Assembly (NCBI GenBank): GCA_017499595.2
Contig: CM039009.1
Span: 992,001 to 1,056,000 of the forward strand
DNA from: Psilocybe cubensis
Taxonomy: Eukaryota
Reading direction: 5' to 3'
Length of the DNA stretch: 64,000 bases
Positions within the stretch are counted from its first letter, which is position 1; each line of letters starts with the position of its first letter. The position numbers were made by a program, and so were the translations under genes. This document shows positions 50,040 to 62,089 of the stretch, piece after piece. A model generated the notes under the pieces. That model was given only the letters and a program-made list of their open reading frames with translations, searched no databases and was not told the origin of the DNA.

Positions 50040-52799
50040 AGAGAGGGTTGAGGGGTAGGAGGGAGGGATGATTTTGTTTATTGTGTATTGTTTTTGGTTT
50101 TGCTTTGCTTTGATTGGAATTTGTTTTCGCTTTCGATATTCGCTCTTCGGGTTCAATTTCGGTTTTGGACCTCGATGATCGAACATTGATGAGCTTTGAG
50201 CTTTGAGCATTGAGTATAGAGCATTCTCTTGTCGAGAGAGAGAGAGAGAAAATGTGTGTGTGTGCCGTTAAATGAAGGAAAAGGAAATGGGAAAGTAATA
50301 GAGGTTGAGTTGGATTTTTACAGTTATACCATAGGAACAGATTACACTTACGTGAAAACGTGAAACGTGAAACTGAACCATGAGTTTCGCGTTATCGGGA
50401 TCATCTCAACCCAGAAACCAGAAACTCGTAGTTCGTAGTTCGTAGTTCGTAGTTCGTAGTTCGAGAAGTTACATCTCTGAAGCAGTTTACAAACCCAAGC
50501 CCAAGCTCAAGTGCAAGTGCAAACCACGAGTCCATCCACCAACTTACTTAGTACTTAGCACTCACTACCAACGACCAAAAACCAACGACCAAAAAACCGA
50601 CGACCAAAAACCAACGTCCCGACGAAACGGACAACGACCAACCCGACAATTCAATTTAAGTTGACAACATCCAACAGCCTACAAGTTAAACCAGTATAGC
50701 AGTATAGCAGTATCAGTATAGCAGTGTACCGGATGGGCTGATGGTTGATGTTTATAACATTGAAGACCGGGTGGGTGGGTGTAACGGGGTTGGGGTAGTT
50801 GGTTAGGCTTGGTTGGTTGGTTGGTGATACGGTATGGCATGGTAGGACAGATTTTCAGTGGTGAGAGTTGGGATGTTCGGTGTTGATATTGTTGCCTAGA
50901 CTCGATTCAACTCGACTCGACTCGACTTGGTACCTAGTACTATACGCGCCGCCGCGGCGTCACATCTGAATTCCGCTAGCTTAGCTTTTTCAAGTGTCAG
51001 TGTTTCATTGACAATGACAACGCGCGCGAAAATGAGACGAAAAAAAGAAAGAAAAAAAGTCGAAATTTGGAAAGTGGATGTTAAATGAGGAAAAAAAGAA
51101 AGAAATCGGAAAAAAGAGAAGAAAGAGAAAAAAGAGAAAATATTTAATCACACCCAAGCGCGAAATTCGAATATACTACTTAGAAATCGCAAATCCCCGC
51201 CCGCCCGCCCGCCCTTTTGATCATCCACTACGACATGCGACGACATGCGACGCACGAACATCGCATCGATGTTCGGTGTGGAGTTATACCAGTAGATAAT
51301 AAGCACACTCCAGCACATTGAGTCTGGGTATGGGCAGATATCCGGAGCCAGCGCTGCAGCCTGCAGCACCCTCCGAATCCATCTATCACGGATAATCGAT
51401 AGATAACACACTGCTCTCTTGCCTCTGAATCCGAGAGCTCGAGAGCTACCACACCAAAACCAACTCCAAACTCCCATAACCCAACGACCAACCAACCCAT
51501 TCGAAGAAGTACAATATTCAACAGCAAACAGCCGACAAACACGGCGAGCAGTGTATCGCTGGTCGCTGGGTTTTGGGGTTTGATTGGGCGGAAGGCCGGT
51601 GTGCTGGTGGTGGATGATTTTCTATGGGCTGGTGGTGGATGTTTTCTATGGGTTGGTTGGTTGGTGGTAGGTGTTTAGTGGTGTTCAAGAGGTTGGTTTT
51701 AGGGGCTGCGAGTGAGTCGCGACATTCGCTTGGTATTCGTGGTTGGATGAAGAGGTGTCTGCTCATGATCAGTGTTCGAATGTAGATCATCCCATGACGC
51801 ATAAAATAAAAGAAGCGAAATGAAATCGATACTAAAAAATGGAAAAAAAAGAAAAGGAAAGAAAGAAAAAACCAACAAAAAAGGGAGAATACTCAATTAG
51901 AATTTAGATACGAGCGCGAATCTCAAATCCCCGCGCGAACGTGTAGTGCATGTACGACGCAACGGCAGCTGCTGCGTCAGGGGCTAGAGTCCAGAGACAA
52001 GTATGAACCAGAAAGTGTCATGGTCGGTGTCGATGCCCGTGTCGGGGAACTCGATCCATTTACTCGGTCTTGTACTTGTCCGGAACATTGCGGCAGTTGA
52101 CCTCGTAGTGCATCAGTAACACTAACAGTTCAACGCGTATCTGTAGACTATATCCGCTGATTCTGCTAGCGGCATGCGGTATTTTGGGGCTAGCAGAAAC
52201 GAGCGCTTGGGCAAGCGCTAGTACGATTGTTGTTATCATGATAGATTGTTGCGCTGAGGGTTAGCGTTTAGAGTTGAGTGGATAGTGGTAAATTCGGGGA
52301 GGTCGGGATGTTGGCCATGGCCAGGGTCGCCAGGTGAGGCAATTGCGTGAGGTGAATGGGATTACGCGCGTTTGGAGGTGCCGGGACATGGTGGAATGGG
52401 ATGAGATGGGATGGTTGTACAGCGCGATCGTGGTGTCCTCGAGAGAGCAAGCTTGGGCGTTTGCCGCGTTATTGGAATGCGACTTGAATTTGGTTATAGC
52501 TTTCGCAAGTGCGGTTGCTCCATCTGCTCGAGGAGGGGTATGGGCGCTTCTTCTACGGATATCCACTTGCGACGAGGTATGTCACCGTGTCAGGGCTTCA
52601 TCGCCTGTTATATTAAGTACTTAGTGTCTTGACAGAAGGTGCTTGGCAGCGTTGATGGTATCGATATGGTACTTGGGTATCGCACACAGCTAATCTGCTC
52701 AGCTGGAGGATTAGTTCCCTAGCTTTTAAAAAGATCAAATGATATTCCATACCCAGCCTGCATAACATCAGAAGGAACCAAGATTTCCGGTGTAACCTG

Positions 52800-53700
52800 G
52801 GTATATGCGTAAACTAGGCCACGGTGATTTGAGTCACAATGTCTTTCGAGGGCAGAAAGACTCCAATTGTCGCTTCACGGTCACCAAAGAGTGACTCTGC
52901 ACGAATGTCAAATTTAGCGTAAAGAGTGACCTGCGGTCATCGAGACCGTCGCTCTGTATTGTGCGGGTCGCACTAGAATAGCCGGATAAGCATCGTCTTG
53001 GAATCCAAAAGATATCGTCTAGAGCGCTGTTTCGAGGGAACGGGTACGGCACAAAGGAATGGGAATCGCGGTGAACTCGCTGGGGCTGGGTTTGAACTCA
53101 TCGTGACTCCGATTGGGAGCGCGCCCGCGTTTGGATTTTTTTTCTTTTGAAAAGCCTCTGTTGCAACCATCACTTGAATAACTGTCTTATCGCTTCTCAT
53201 GAACGACTTTCGTCGATTTTACCTCCGTACCAAGCTGTGATACAGAAGAAACCCGTCCGACTTACTCGGTATCCCGCGCCTATTTGAATTCAATGCAATC
53301 TACAGAAGGTATTTCGGTTTTGATCATGGTTTTTGTGTGTGAATTGTGCTTTTTTTGATTGAAAAAGTTCAAGCAGGGAAGACGGGATGCCAAGTTCAAA
53401 TCCTTAAGTTTCGAGGGTGACTTCTTCATGAAGCCGAATTTCGCAGGAGATCCTGTGTTCATCGAGGCCATAATTCTGTTATTCAATTGCACAAAGCCGA
53501 ACAGATATCGATCCGTCAAAACTCTAAAATCATCGTCAGGAGGGCAGTCTATTTTCGTGTAAAAGGTACGAGGGGAATGTTTTGGTATGTAGGTGTTCCT
53601 GCGTAACTTAACCGAACCCTTTACCGGTCGGTACAGTTTTCTCGTCGTTCACGGGCTTGCGAAGCATACCTGCGCGCATGGTCGAGGCCTCTCCGAGACG
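52800..53700 (-). pseudogene. Possible decayed hypothetical gene
   Basis: Overlapping minus-strand ORF fragments (52834-53052, 52973-53200, 53280-53519) with protein-like composition. No family recognised. Confidence 0.2.
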
Positions 53701-54539
53701 GTAGACGAATATTCCGTGTTTTCGCCAGTCTACTGGGTTTAAATTTCAACTCTGTCGACTTTTGTGACGCCGGGTCCCCGACTGGGGCGCGCCTTTCCCC
53801 CGAACCTATATCGTCACTGGTACCTAAACACGTAAGTTTGATGGTCCGGTGGGCACTCCCACCAACTCAGCTGCTGTCCTCAGAATTCACTCGCACTTAA
53901 ATAAAGTTTGATCTCTCCTGTAATCCTGTAAATTCGATCATATCTTTAACCGAACCGAAGAGCACTAGCACCCTCAGTCGACATCGAAAATCCCCCTAGA
54001 AAACTCTACAGAACCGAGGTTTTTGACGTGTCCGGGCAGCAGGATACGTCGCTATACAGTCGGAGACCTGCAGTATGTGGAACCAGTCTGTAATCCACAC
54101 CCCTCCGACCTTTCTCTAGCAAGAACCCTACTGACAGTGACGTATGACATAGGTTGACATGGTGTTGGTCGACCACTTATCCCTGCACAGATGAAATGGA
54201 CAGAAATATGACACTGGTTGCTTTCCGGAACACCCACAAACCAACGGCCATCACAAGATGTACATCGAAATAAATTATAATTTGCGGGTCCCTCAATTCT
54301 TAAGCGTATGTACATAAGTCACTAGTTGCGTTCTCGTTATGCTGAAGGATTACGTTTACGGTTTCTGTTTCATTTAACTGTGTACACGACACTGGCTAGA
54401 TAGTGTTTATAATACGGGCGACAAGGGCGCTGTTAGGTTGCTGCATTTATTCCCTCCAAACCAACTGGTCGCTTTCGTTCCGCATGCTCTAGACTAGAGT
54501 TTCCCTGTCCCCTCTTTTTATGCAGGTTTTTGGAGGCTG

Positions 54540-56239
54540 ATGTCGTCTGGTGTTCATCAAGCCCAATTACAATATCAACGGTACGCGGTATGTTCATTTA
54601 ACGTTGATTACCGAAGACTTAACAAACCTCTCTAGCCTCCAATATGCCATCATGGGTCAGTTTCCCAAATTATCGATCCAACTGGAACAGTGCTTACACC
54701 GACGGCTCGCACCATCGTCTCCTATTATCCAGCAACCTGTAACTATTTTTAACCTTTTATTCACTTGGCTTCGGAAATGACCAACATTCAATTCAGACTT
54801 TCTCAACGTTTACGATTTTTCTTTATTGTGAGTCCGTTCTCTATTTAAAAACTTTAATTTTGTATCTCATTTTCACCACTCGCCGTATAGGATGGACAAA
54901 GAATACCGTTATGTAAGTATATGATACTCTCGCGTATAGGAACTATCTATCAAACACGGGCGCGGGCGTTTAGATTTATCGGTCCAAATGGACTATACTG
55001 AAGGTTTTATACCTTCTCTGTCGTTTCTGCCCCATGTTGGCCTGGCCGCCAGCTTTATGGAGTTTCAGTGTCCACATGAAACCAACGAATTGCATGCTCA
55101 TATGGGTGTATCAACAGCTTTTCGCAGTTTTACTGGTGAGTGAATATATATACCTCTTTCCTTTGTCAGTATATTAAAGTGCTTCCGGGACTGTTCATAC
55201 AGCAATTCGCTCCGCACTGCGTGGTCGTTTTGCGGGCTTGGTCTTTCGCCGGCAAGACCAAGACAGCGTTGGTGATTCTGATGCTTCTTTTATCAGTGTG
55301 CTTGGGGGTAGAGATATGGGCATGTGCGGTCAACATAGGTAACCTGTCTGCCTATGCCGCGCCGAATCACATTCAGCCCAAACTTGGCTGTATGATGAAT
55401 CGGAAATTGCCCAAAGTGCCTTTTGTGGTTAGTGAATTGCGTTTATCTTTCAGTTGATCTAACCCAAGATCATTCAAATTACAGGGAAGTGTCGTAAGTT
55501 GCTCAGCGTAAGGAGCTCAAGTCTCAAATAGTTTGCTAACATTCCTCTGACACTCGAACAGGTGGCGTCCATGGTCCTTGATGCGATGGCGCTATTAATT
55601 ATTGGTGTTGTAAGTTTCTCACTGTTTCCTTCTCTTGTTGATAGTCTATCCCTGATTATTATTGCCCTTGATAGTATTGCTTTCGTACAAGAAGCGTCTA
55701 TGGCCAGCTCGGAAGGTTATTCCTTCGTCAATGTATGTAATTTTTGCGTATTTAATGTAAAAATTCGATTGGCTTGTTTTGCTTACCGTATCAATTGGAC
55801 AGGTCTTTGTTTTTACCTTTTCATGCTAGGCACTTCTTTGATTGAATTGATGATGCTTTATCGGTGCGTTATAATTAGTTGTCAGCGTTTGAAGTTGACT
55901 TACATGAAATCAGACCACTCGGCGCGCTTGGTGGAATATCCTATGCCGGAATGGTAATGATTCCCAATCTTGTGGTGAGTCCGAGTCATAGCTGTCTTGT
56001 TAAAGACATGTTTATGATAGACACGATGCTGGTTTACAGGCTTGTAGATTGTGAGTTCCCATCGATGTCTTTTCTCTGTGCCTTGATGACATATTTTTAG
56101 TATCATACAACTGCGCGAGCATGTTACACCCACGGAGAGCAAGCAGCGCCGTATGATTTCAAAGCAAATACGGCGAGCAATACCTCTCAGCACCTTCAGT
56201 CCGAGTCACGACGCCCCTTCTTCGCAGGAAGAATGTTGA
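54540..56239 (+). CDS. DUF6533-type multi-pass membrane protein (paralogue B)
   Basis: MSSGVHQAQLQYQR/LQYAIM/AT/YFLNVYDFSLL/MDKEYRY/IYRSKWTILKVLYLLCRFCP; VVVLRAWSFAG; ACRL/IIQLREHVTPT; stop at 56237-56239. Confidence 0.82.
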
Positions 56240-56799
56240 TTCCGAGTCTTGAAGCAACCGACTGCCATTCTCCACCAGCTTGTATGTTCAACACAATTGT
56301 TTCGAACGAACGATATTTGAATGGGTGTGTTTTCTCTTTGCTAGTTTATACATGGTACCTTCTACTGATGATGTCTTTCAGGACCAACGAAACATCCTTT
56401 TCAAATGACAAATTGGTATATCTCATGACTCTCGCTGCCAGGGTCATTCGGCGGGTCTCTTCGACCCCGCTGTGTATCATCTCTTGCCATGAAGACCTCT
56501 AACCTCTTCTGCCAGACAAAGAGAGACGGAAATTTATTTTCACTTGCGCTAAGGCATCACCACTACTGCTTATAGCGGCCTTTGAGTAGTTCAATCAAGT
56601 GCTTAAACCTTCCGAGTACATTTTTGTACATTTATCTTCATTTTACGACCTTTTCAGTCGCTTTGTTCCATACAAACACAACTTTCTTTAACATTTTCTC
56701 ATATACATTTGGTAGTAATTCATTAAGGGCAGGATAGGTTAGGATTCAGCCGTTTGACATTAAAAATTAAAATGAAGATTGCGTTGGACGACATCACTG

Positions 56800-58600
56800 G
56801 GTACCACAAGCTCTGAGCAAAGCACAACACATTTGTCTACGGTTAAGTACTGTAAGAGAATTCTTGTGATTGCGAGTGAGAACGAGTACCACTTGCGAGG
56901 GGAGGTTCTGGAGGGAAGCTTTTGTCGGCGCACGATAATAGGTCTTTCCTGACCATTCTCGTCCACAAGAATGAAGTCCACAAAACGACCACTGATACCC
57001 CCACGTTATGCCGAATGTAACGCTCAGTGATTCTATGCCGCGAATCATCCAACGGTTGCAAGATGGGCTGGGAGGCTAGTCCTCACTTGGTAGATGCTGG
57101 CATCAAAGGAGATTTCAGTGTATAATGAATCTGCGTGACTACGATGGGCGTCTATTCATAAGCGCCACTTGCAACACAACTTGAGAGACTGAATCTTTTT
57201 TGCACGACAGCACGACAATACGACAATAATTAAATAACCTATAATAAAGATAATACACAGATGGATTGAGGACATCGAGCACCTGGGCTTATTCCGGTGT
57301 CTTCTTTTCCTACTCGACTTTCGCGACCCTTCCCTGAATGTCAGAGGTCCTCTGTGTTTCTTTGAACCCTTCTTCATGGGTGCTTCGGCCTCGTTTTCTT
57401 TTCCTGACAGTTCCTCCCCATATACTTGCCTTTTGAGACCACTGATACTTGGCCCGGCAACCGGTGTCGCCTCGTCTGAATGGAGTATGTTGCTTACCCT
57501 ATTGCTGGGGACTATGATCCTGTACGTCGGTGCAATAGTGGATAGTTGCTCTGGAACAGGGTCTGAATGAAAATGAATTAATTGTTGGCGTTTGAAAATC
57601 AAAACAACTTTTACTCACCTTGATCAGCCCCATTGACTTCAATCGATCCAATATCTGTAGTGTCATAGTAAATATTAGAAGTAATTATTACAACGAAAGT
57701 ACATACCATCATCCTTTCCTTTCCTCTTGTCAACCGTTCCCTGTATTCTCAATGGCACGTCGGGAGTTGAGTCGAGTGCTGCTGAAGGCTCGTTCCGATG
57801 GGCTTTACGTGCCCACTTTGATGTTTTTAGGTCCGCCTTCTTAAAGGAGAACTTCTCTGCCACATCTGATACATTATCTAGTGGCGCAGAAGCACCAAAT
57901 TGGCTAAAAGAGGAAGTATTTAGTTACTTGAACTTTGTGGACATTCTATTCCAAATAATGACATACCTCTGCAGCAAGTTGACCCTGGTCGACAGTTTTT
58001 CCCTCAACCATTGTGTCAATCAATGGATCCAAGAGTTAAGAGTGCAGAAGACTTACAATACGCTTAATGGATTGACTGGTGAATTGAAATTAGTGGGAAA
58101 CGCTTCGAAAGTTTCCGTCACTATCTTGGAGACAACCAAAGCACTGTCGTGCCCCGTCGCCGCTTCGTTTTTTTCATGATCGTTAATGTAGTTAGTACAA
58201 AGTTTTGCTAAGTCTATCACTTTGTTCAGGATGAGAAGACGGTCTCGCGTTTGGGCACCTCCTGTGAGCCGAGGTTGAGGTTGATTATCATTATCGAATA
58301 TATTTGAAAAGATCGCAACGAATCGGCTCACCAAAGTATTTAAACAGTTCAAACCAAAGCTCAAATCCCGTTACCGACATGCGCTGGAACGTCATTGACA
58401 TAAGTAATTCGGCTGAAAGGGATGGGACACGCGACAGAACGGAGAGCTGTTTCGGAGCAGTGGTTTGACATGAAAGCAAATAGCCACGAAAGACTATGCT
58501 CGAAACGAAGCTGATATCAAATACAGAGGAGGGAATCGATGGCAGACTACACTGGAAAGCCGGCTTTATAAAAGTATTAATGCAAAACAAAGGATACCCT
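56800..58600 (-). CDS. Hypothetical multi-exon protein (possibly degenerate), basic C-terminal part
   Basis: Collinear ORFs 58053-58364, 57675-57863 and 57156-57602 separated by GTATGT/GTGAGT..AG introns; basic KKGSKKHR..RKRRHR stretch. No domain recognised; ends uncertain. Confidence 0.4.
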
Positions 58601-59105
58601 TACATCTTTGTTTGGTGTTATGCTCTAAGGAGAATACTTTTGTTTCGAGTTCGTACGGTGTCATTATATCGCTCATTTCAAATTTCTGTGTGCCTCATTT
58701 ATACAGGTCGGTTGAAAGCGCTCCTTGTTTTACTGTTATTCAAATTGGCACCTTTCAGTGTCATTATTCATACTTTGAGTAACCCTTAGTGATAGGTGAT
58801 AGTATACTAGGTCTCAATATTCAATTTCTGCGCTTTTTAGCCATCAATCTCCCTTTGATAAAGCTCATTACTTTGTGCTTCAGAGTCGGGTCCGATTTAC
58901 CATTTGTTGAGACCTCAACGAGCCATTGTTACAACAAAGCGAAGGAGTCACAAATTTAAAGTCCAACGATCGAGGCTGTGCTAGACTATTTGCTTTTATT
59001 ATGTTTGGATGGAAATGGGATACTCAATGCTTGGCCAACTCCCGGTCACAGTGAATCAGTTTGAGCGACCCATAGACTCATCCTACAATCAAACAGGTTT
59101 TGGCC

Positions 59106-60541
59106 ATGACGACTCCATATTCAGGATATACCCCATCTACTGCTAGTCAACCATCTTATCCAGCCAATTCAGGACAAACCACACCCGTACAAACCACATC
59201 TACACCTTCACATTTCACTTCCGTTCTTTCCAATGTTCAGTACGACTCCCAAAGTCAACCGGGCACTCCTACGCCAGCTGGACGTGGGCGGCCTCGAGGT
59301 TCCGCGACGGGAGCGAAGAGAGGACGAAAGCCGAAAAATCCAGTTCCCGAAGCATCATCGCCACGGCCATTCATTACAAACTCTTTCGTTGCTAATCCAT
59401 CACCGGCCATAGCTTCAGGCTCAGCAAGCTCGTCAACTTCGGGTCCTAATCCACAATATCCACGGGTACATTGGGCTATTCCGCCACCTGGTGCAGGAGG
59501 GGTCGAAAACGCGGAAAGCTCTGTGGATGGTGCATCTGGGAGTGCGGTCACTGGAAGCAATACCAATGGAGAGGCAGGACCATCGAACGCATCAGCAGAC
59601 CAGCCTGCTTCTGCATCTGGTCAGAATGGGACTTCATTACCCATTATAACCGGAGTAATTGATCCTGCATTGACTGGTGCTACGGGGGTTGTGCCTAGTG
59701 GCAGTCAACGAGGGACACCGGCACCCGAAGGATCTGCCGGACTTTCCTTTTATCCGTCAAGGGGGACCCCCCAGCCCCAATCAAATACTGCTCGGGGTGG
59801 AACAGTCGGTGTAGACGATGAAGCTGAAGGGGACGATGAGCTACTTCCTGCCATGGCTGACGATGATTACTCGGCACAGTTGTCGTGGCAGAGTCAATCG
59901 AAAGATAATCTGAAGTGTGCCACATTCTTGCGTCCATTTGAACTTTTGTGTTAATCGCATTACTTATCTAGAGTCTTGATGGACAATCTGAGTCCAGCAC
60001 AGTATGATCGATTCGAAGCATATAGACGGCATGCTTTGCCCAAACAGGCTGTTCGGAAGGCAAGTTCAATCTATCGAACTAGAAAAGCAGATATTCTGAC
60101 GCCTGATTTTGATAGGTGATACAACAAACACTCGGTCAACAGGTATCACAACCCGTCGCTCAGATTATAGCTGGTTTTTCGAAGGTCTTTGTTGGTGAGA
60201 TTGTTGAAAAAGGTCAGTTTTCTCCTTTCCGATCAGTGGCTTTTTTCCTTCGAAAAAATTTCCCGTATCCAAGCTTTTGAGTTTTCTCCAAGGTCTTGTT
60301 GTATCATCAGATGCCCTTGGTGTTCTACAATATCCAATCATCCGCGATTGTCTCTGATGCTTACATACTCGATTTTTCTGTCTCCCTCCATTTTGTAGCT
60401 CGCGCAGTCCAGACTAGACGCGGCGACACCGGACCTCTATCTCCTGACCACCTGCGTGAAGCATACAGGGCATATCAAGAAGAAACGGGACACGTAGGCG
60501 CAGCACGGCCTATTCGAGCGAAAAAACTTTTCGTACGATGA
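59106..60541 (+). CDS. TAF11: Transcription initiation factor TFIID subunit 11 (TAFII28 histone fold), 4 exons
   Basis: LK/VLMDNLSPAQYDRFEAYRRHALPKQAVRK/VIQQTLGQQVSQPVAQIIAGFSKVFVGEIVEK/ARAVQ..GPLSPDHLREAYR; long disordered N-terminus. Confidence 0.95.
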
Positions 60542-62089
60542 CGGACCTTCGTACGTCCGGGCCTCAACCTTTGCTGTATTGCCTCCTGCTCTTTCCCGCT
60601 CTACCAGAAGTCTGCCTTTGTGGTCGCTGGCAGATTCATTTTCTGATTTTCTTCTATCAACATTCCGCCTATGTCCCGCGATAGCGTGTTACTTCTGGAT
60701 TAGATCTATGATTCTTGATCCTTCTTTGCATTGCATACGGACTTCTATGTTCACCGCTGTACTCGTATGTTCTTTTGGGATAGCTTTCGGGCACACATGC
60801 TATGGTTGGTATGGCAGCGTTATGCTGCATGCACATTGCAGCGTAGTGCTGTAATATCATAACCTAACCCACCAACAAATTATCCTACCCCTTTCCCCAA
60901 TCCTATCCCATCCAATCCATTGTCCGCTGTAAACTTCCACCTTCGACACTCGAGTATATCTGACTATAGCATAAGGACCTATAAGGGAATATGCCAATGG
61001 AATCGGTTATTTCTAAACGCCATCAAGCCCACAAAACACAACAATTCTTTTTATAGAACATCTAAATAACGAGGGATACGAGTAGCTCAAGACTTTCGAT
61101 GACTTTACTACCTCGTTGTTCGTTCACGGTTAACTCTTGCGAAAGGGTGGGTCTCCTCTTTAGATCTCGCTGTCTTACGAAAAAAGGTGGGGAAATGACT
61201 GTCGAATGGAGTCGTATAAACGGCCATTCTTTACCATAAGTGATTTAGGTGTAAGTAGCACTATGAAGTGGTGTAGTTCATGACGCTTCGTCGTTATAAT
61301 AAGCTCCGACGTGACCGTGGATCAGATTCTGGGATCTTCTGAAACGTAACCAAATCCTTGGTTGACCTTTTTTCTCAGTGAGTCTCATGGGTAATTAAAA
61401 GTAAAGTACGTGCGTCATCAAGTCATTGTCGACTCGGCATAGGATGACTCAGAACAGGGATAGGAACTAGTTTGAGGAATCAGGACATACTCAATCGATC
61501 CAAAATCTCATGCTACTGCAGTCGTTTACGATGATGCTGTTTTCCAAATGTTTTCAGTGTTTTCTCTCCGTCCAAAAATAGCCAGCCTAAATATTCAGCG
61601 TGGCCGCTGCTGGTGCTTTGAACCTTTGGGCCGCCTTAGACTGCTTTGGATTGACTCAACAACAGGCTAAGGCAAGCCCCATGTGCCAAGCCTTCCAACA
61701 CAAGCCCTTTTCCTCCATATTGCCTCCATCAATTGCACGTTTCTACAATGAATACTCTCCTAAGAGTGTTATGCTTAGTCTCCACTGTTAACAGAATCTC
61801 ACTCTTGTATTCAGGTCTTTCTCACGGGACGACCAATGTTCCGCCCAAAAGGTACCATTTCATTCGCCACCGACCCTGTGACATCACCTTCCCTGATGAG
61901 GACTCCAGAAGTGTTTATTGGACTCTTGTTCGGGTGATTTTATGCTTGCAATAAGGGTAGGGGTTGTCATGGTCGTATCTGGGATCCGGTTATCCGAGCA
62001 CAGAATGTGGTTTGACCCTGTTTATATATATAATGTACATCTGAGACACATGCATGATTTTTCGCCTTGTGATCCCTTTTCCTACTCTT

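Larger units (their letters stand above)
27800..52000. repeat. Microsatellite/low-complexity island with alternating A/C-rich and G/T-rich blocks
   Basis: Dense short tandem repeats and homopolymer tracts throughout, essentially absent from 1-27 kb and 52-64 kb. Boundaries estimated by eye. Confidence 0.9.

Noticed and set aside
52161-52198. 10-bp inverted repeat TTCTGCTAGC/GCTAGCAGAA
   Set aside because: Short, includes a palindromic hexamer, no TSD or other context; plausible by chance.
55830-55836. Apparent GC donor in DUF6533 paralogue B
   Set aside because: The exon reads through (GTSLIELMMLYR) to a canonical GTGCGT donor.
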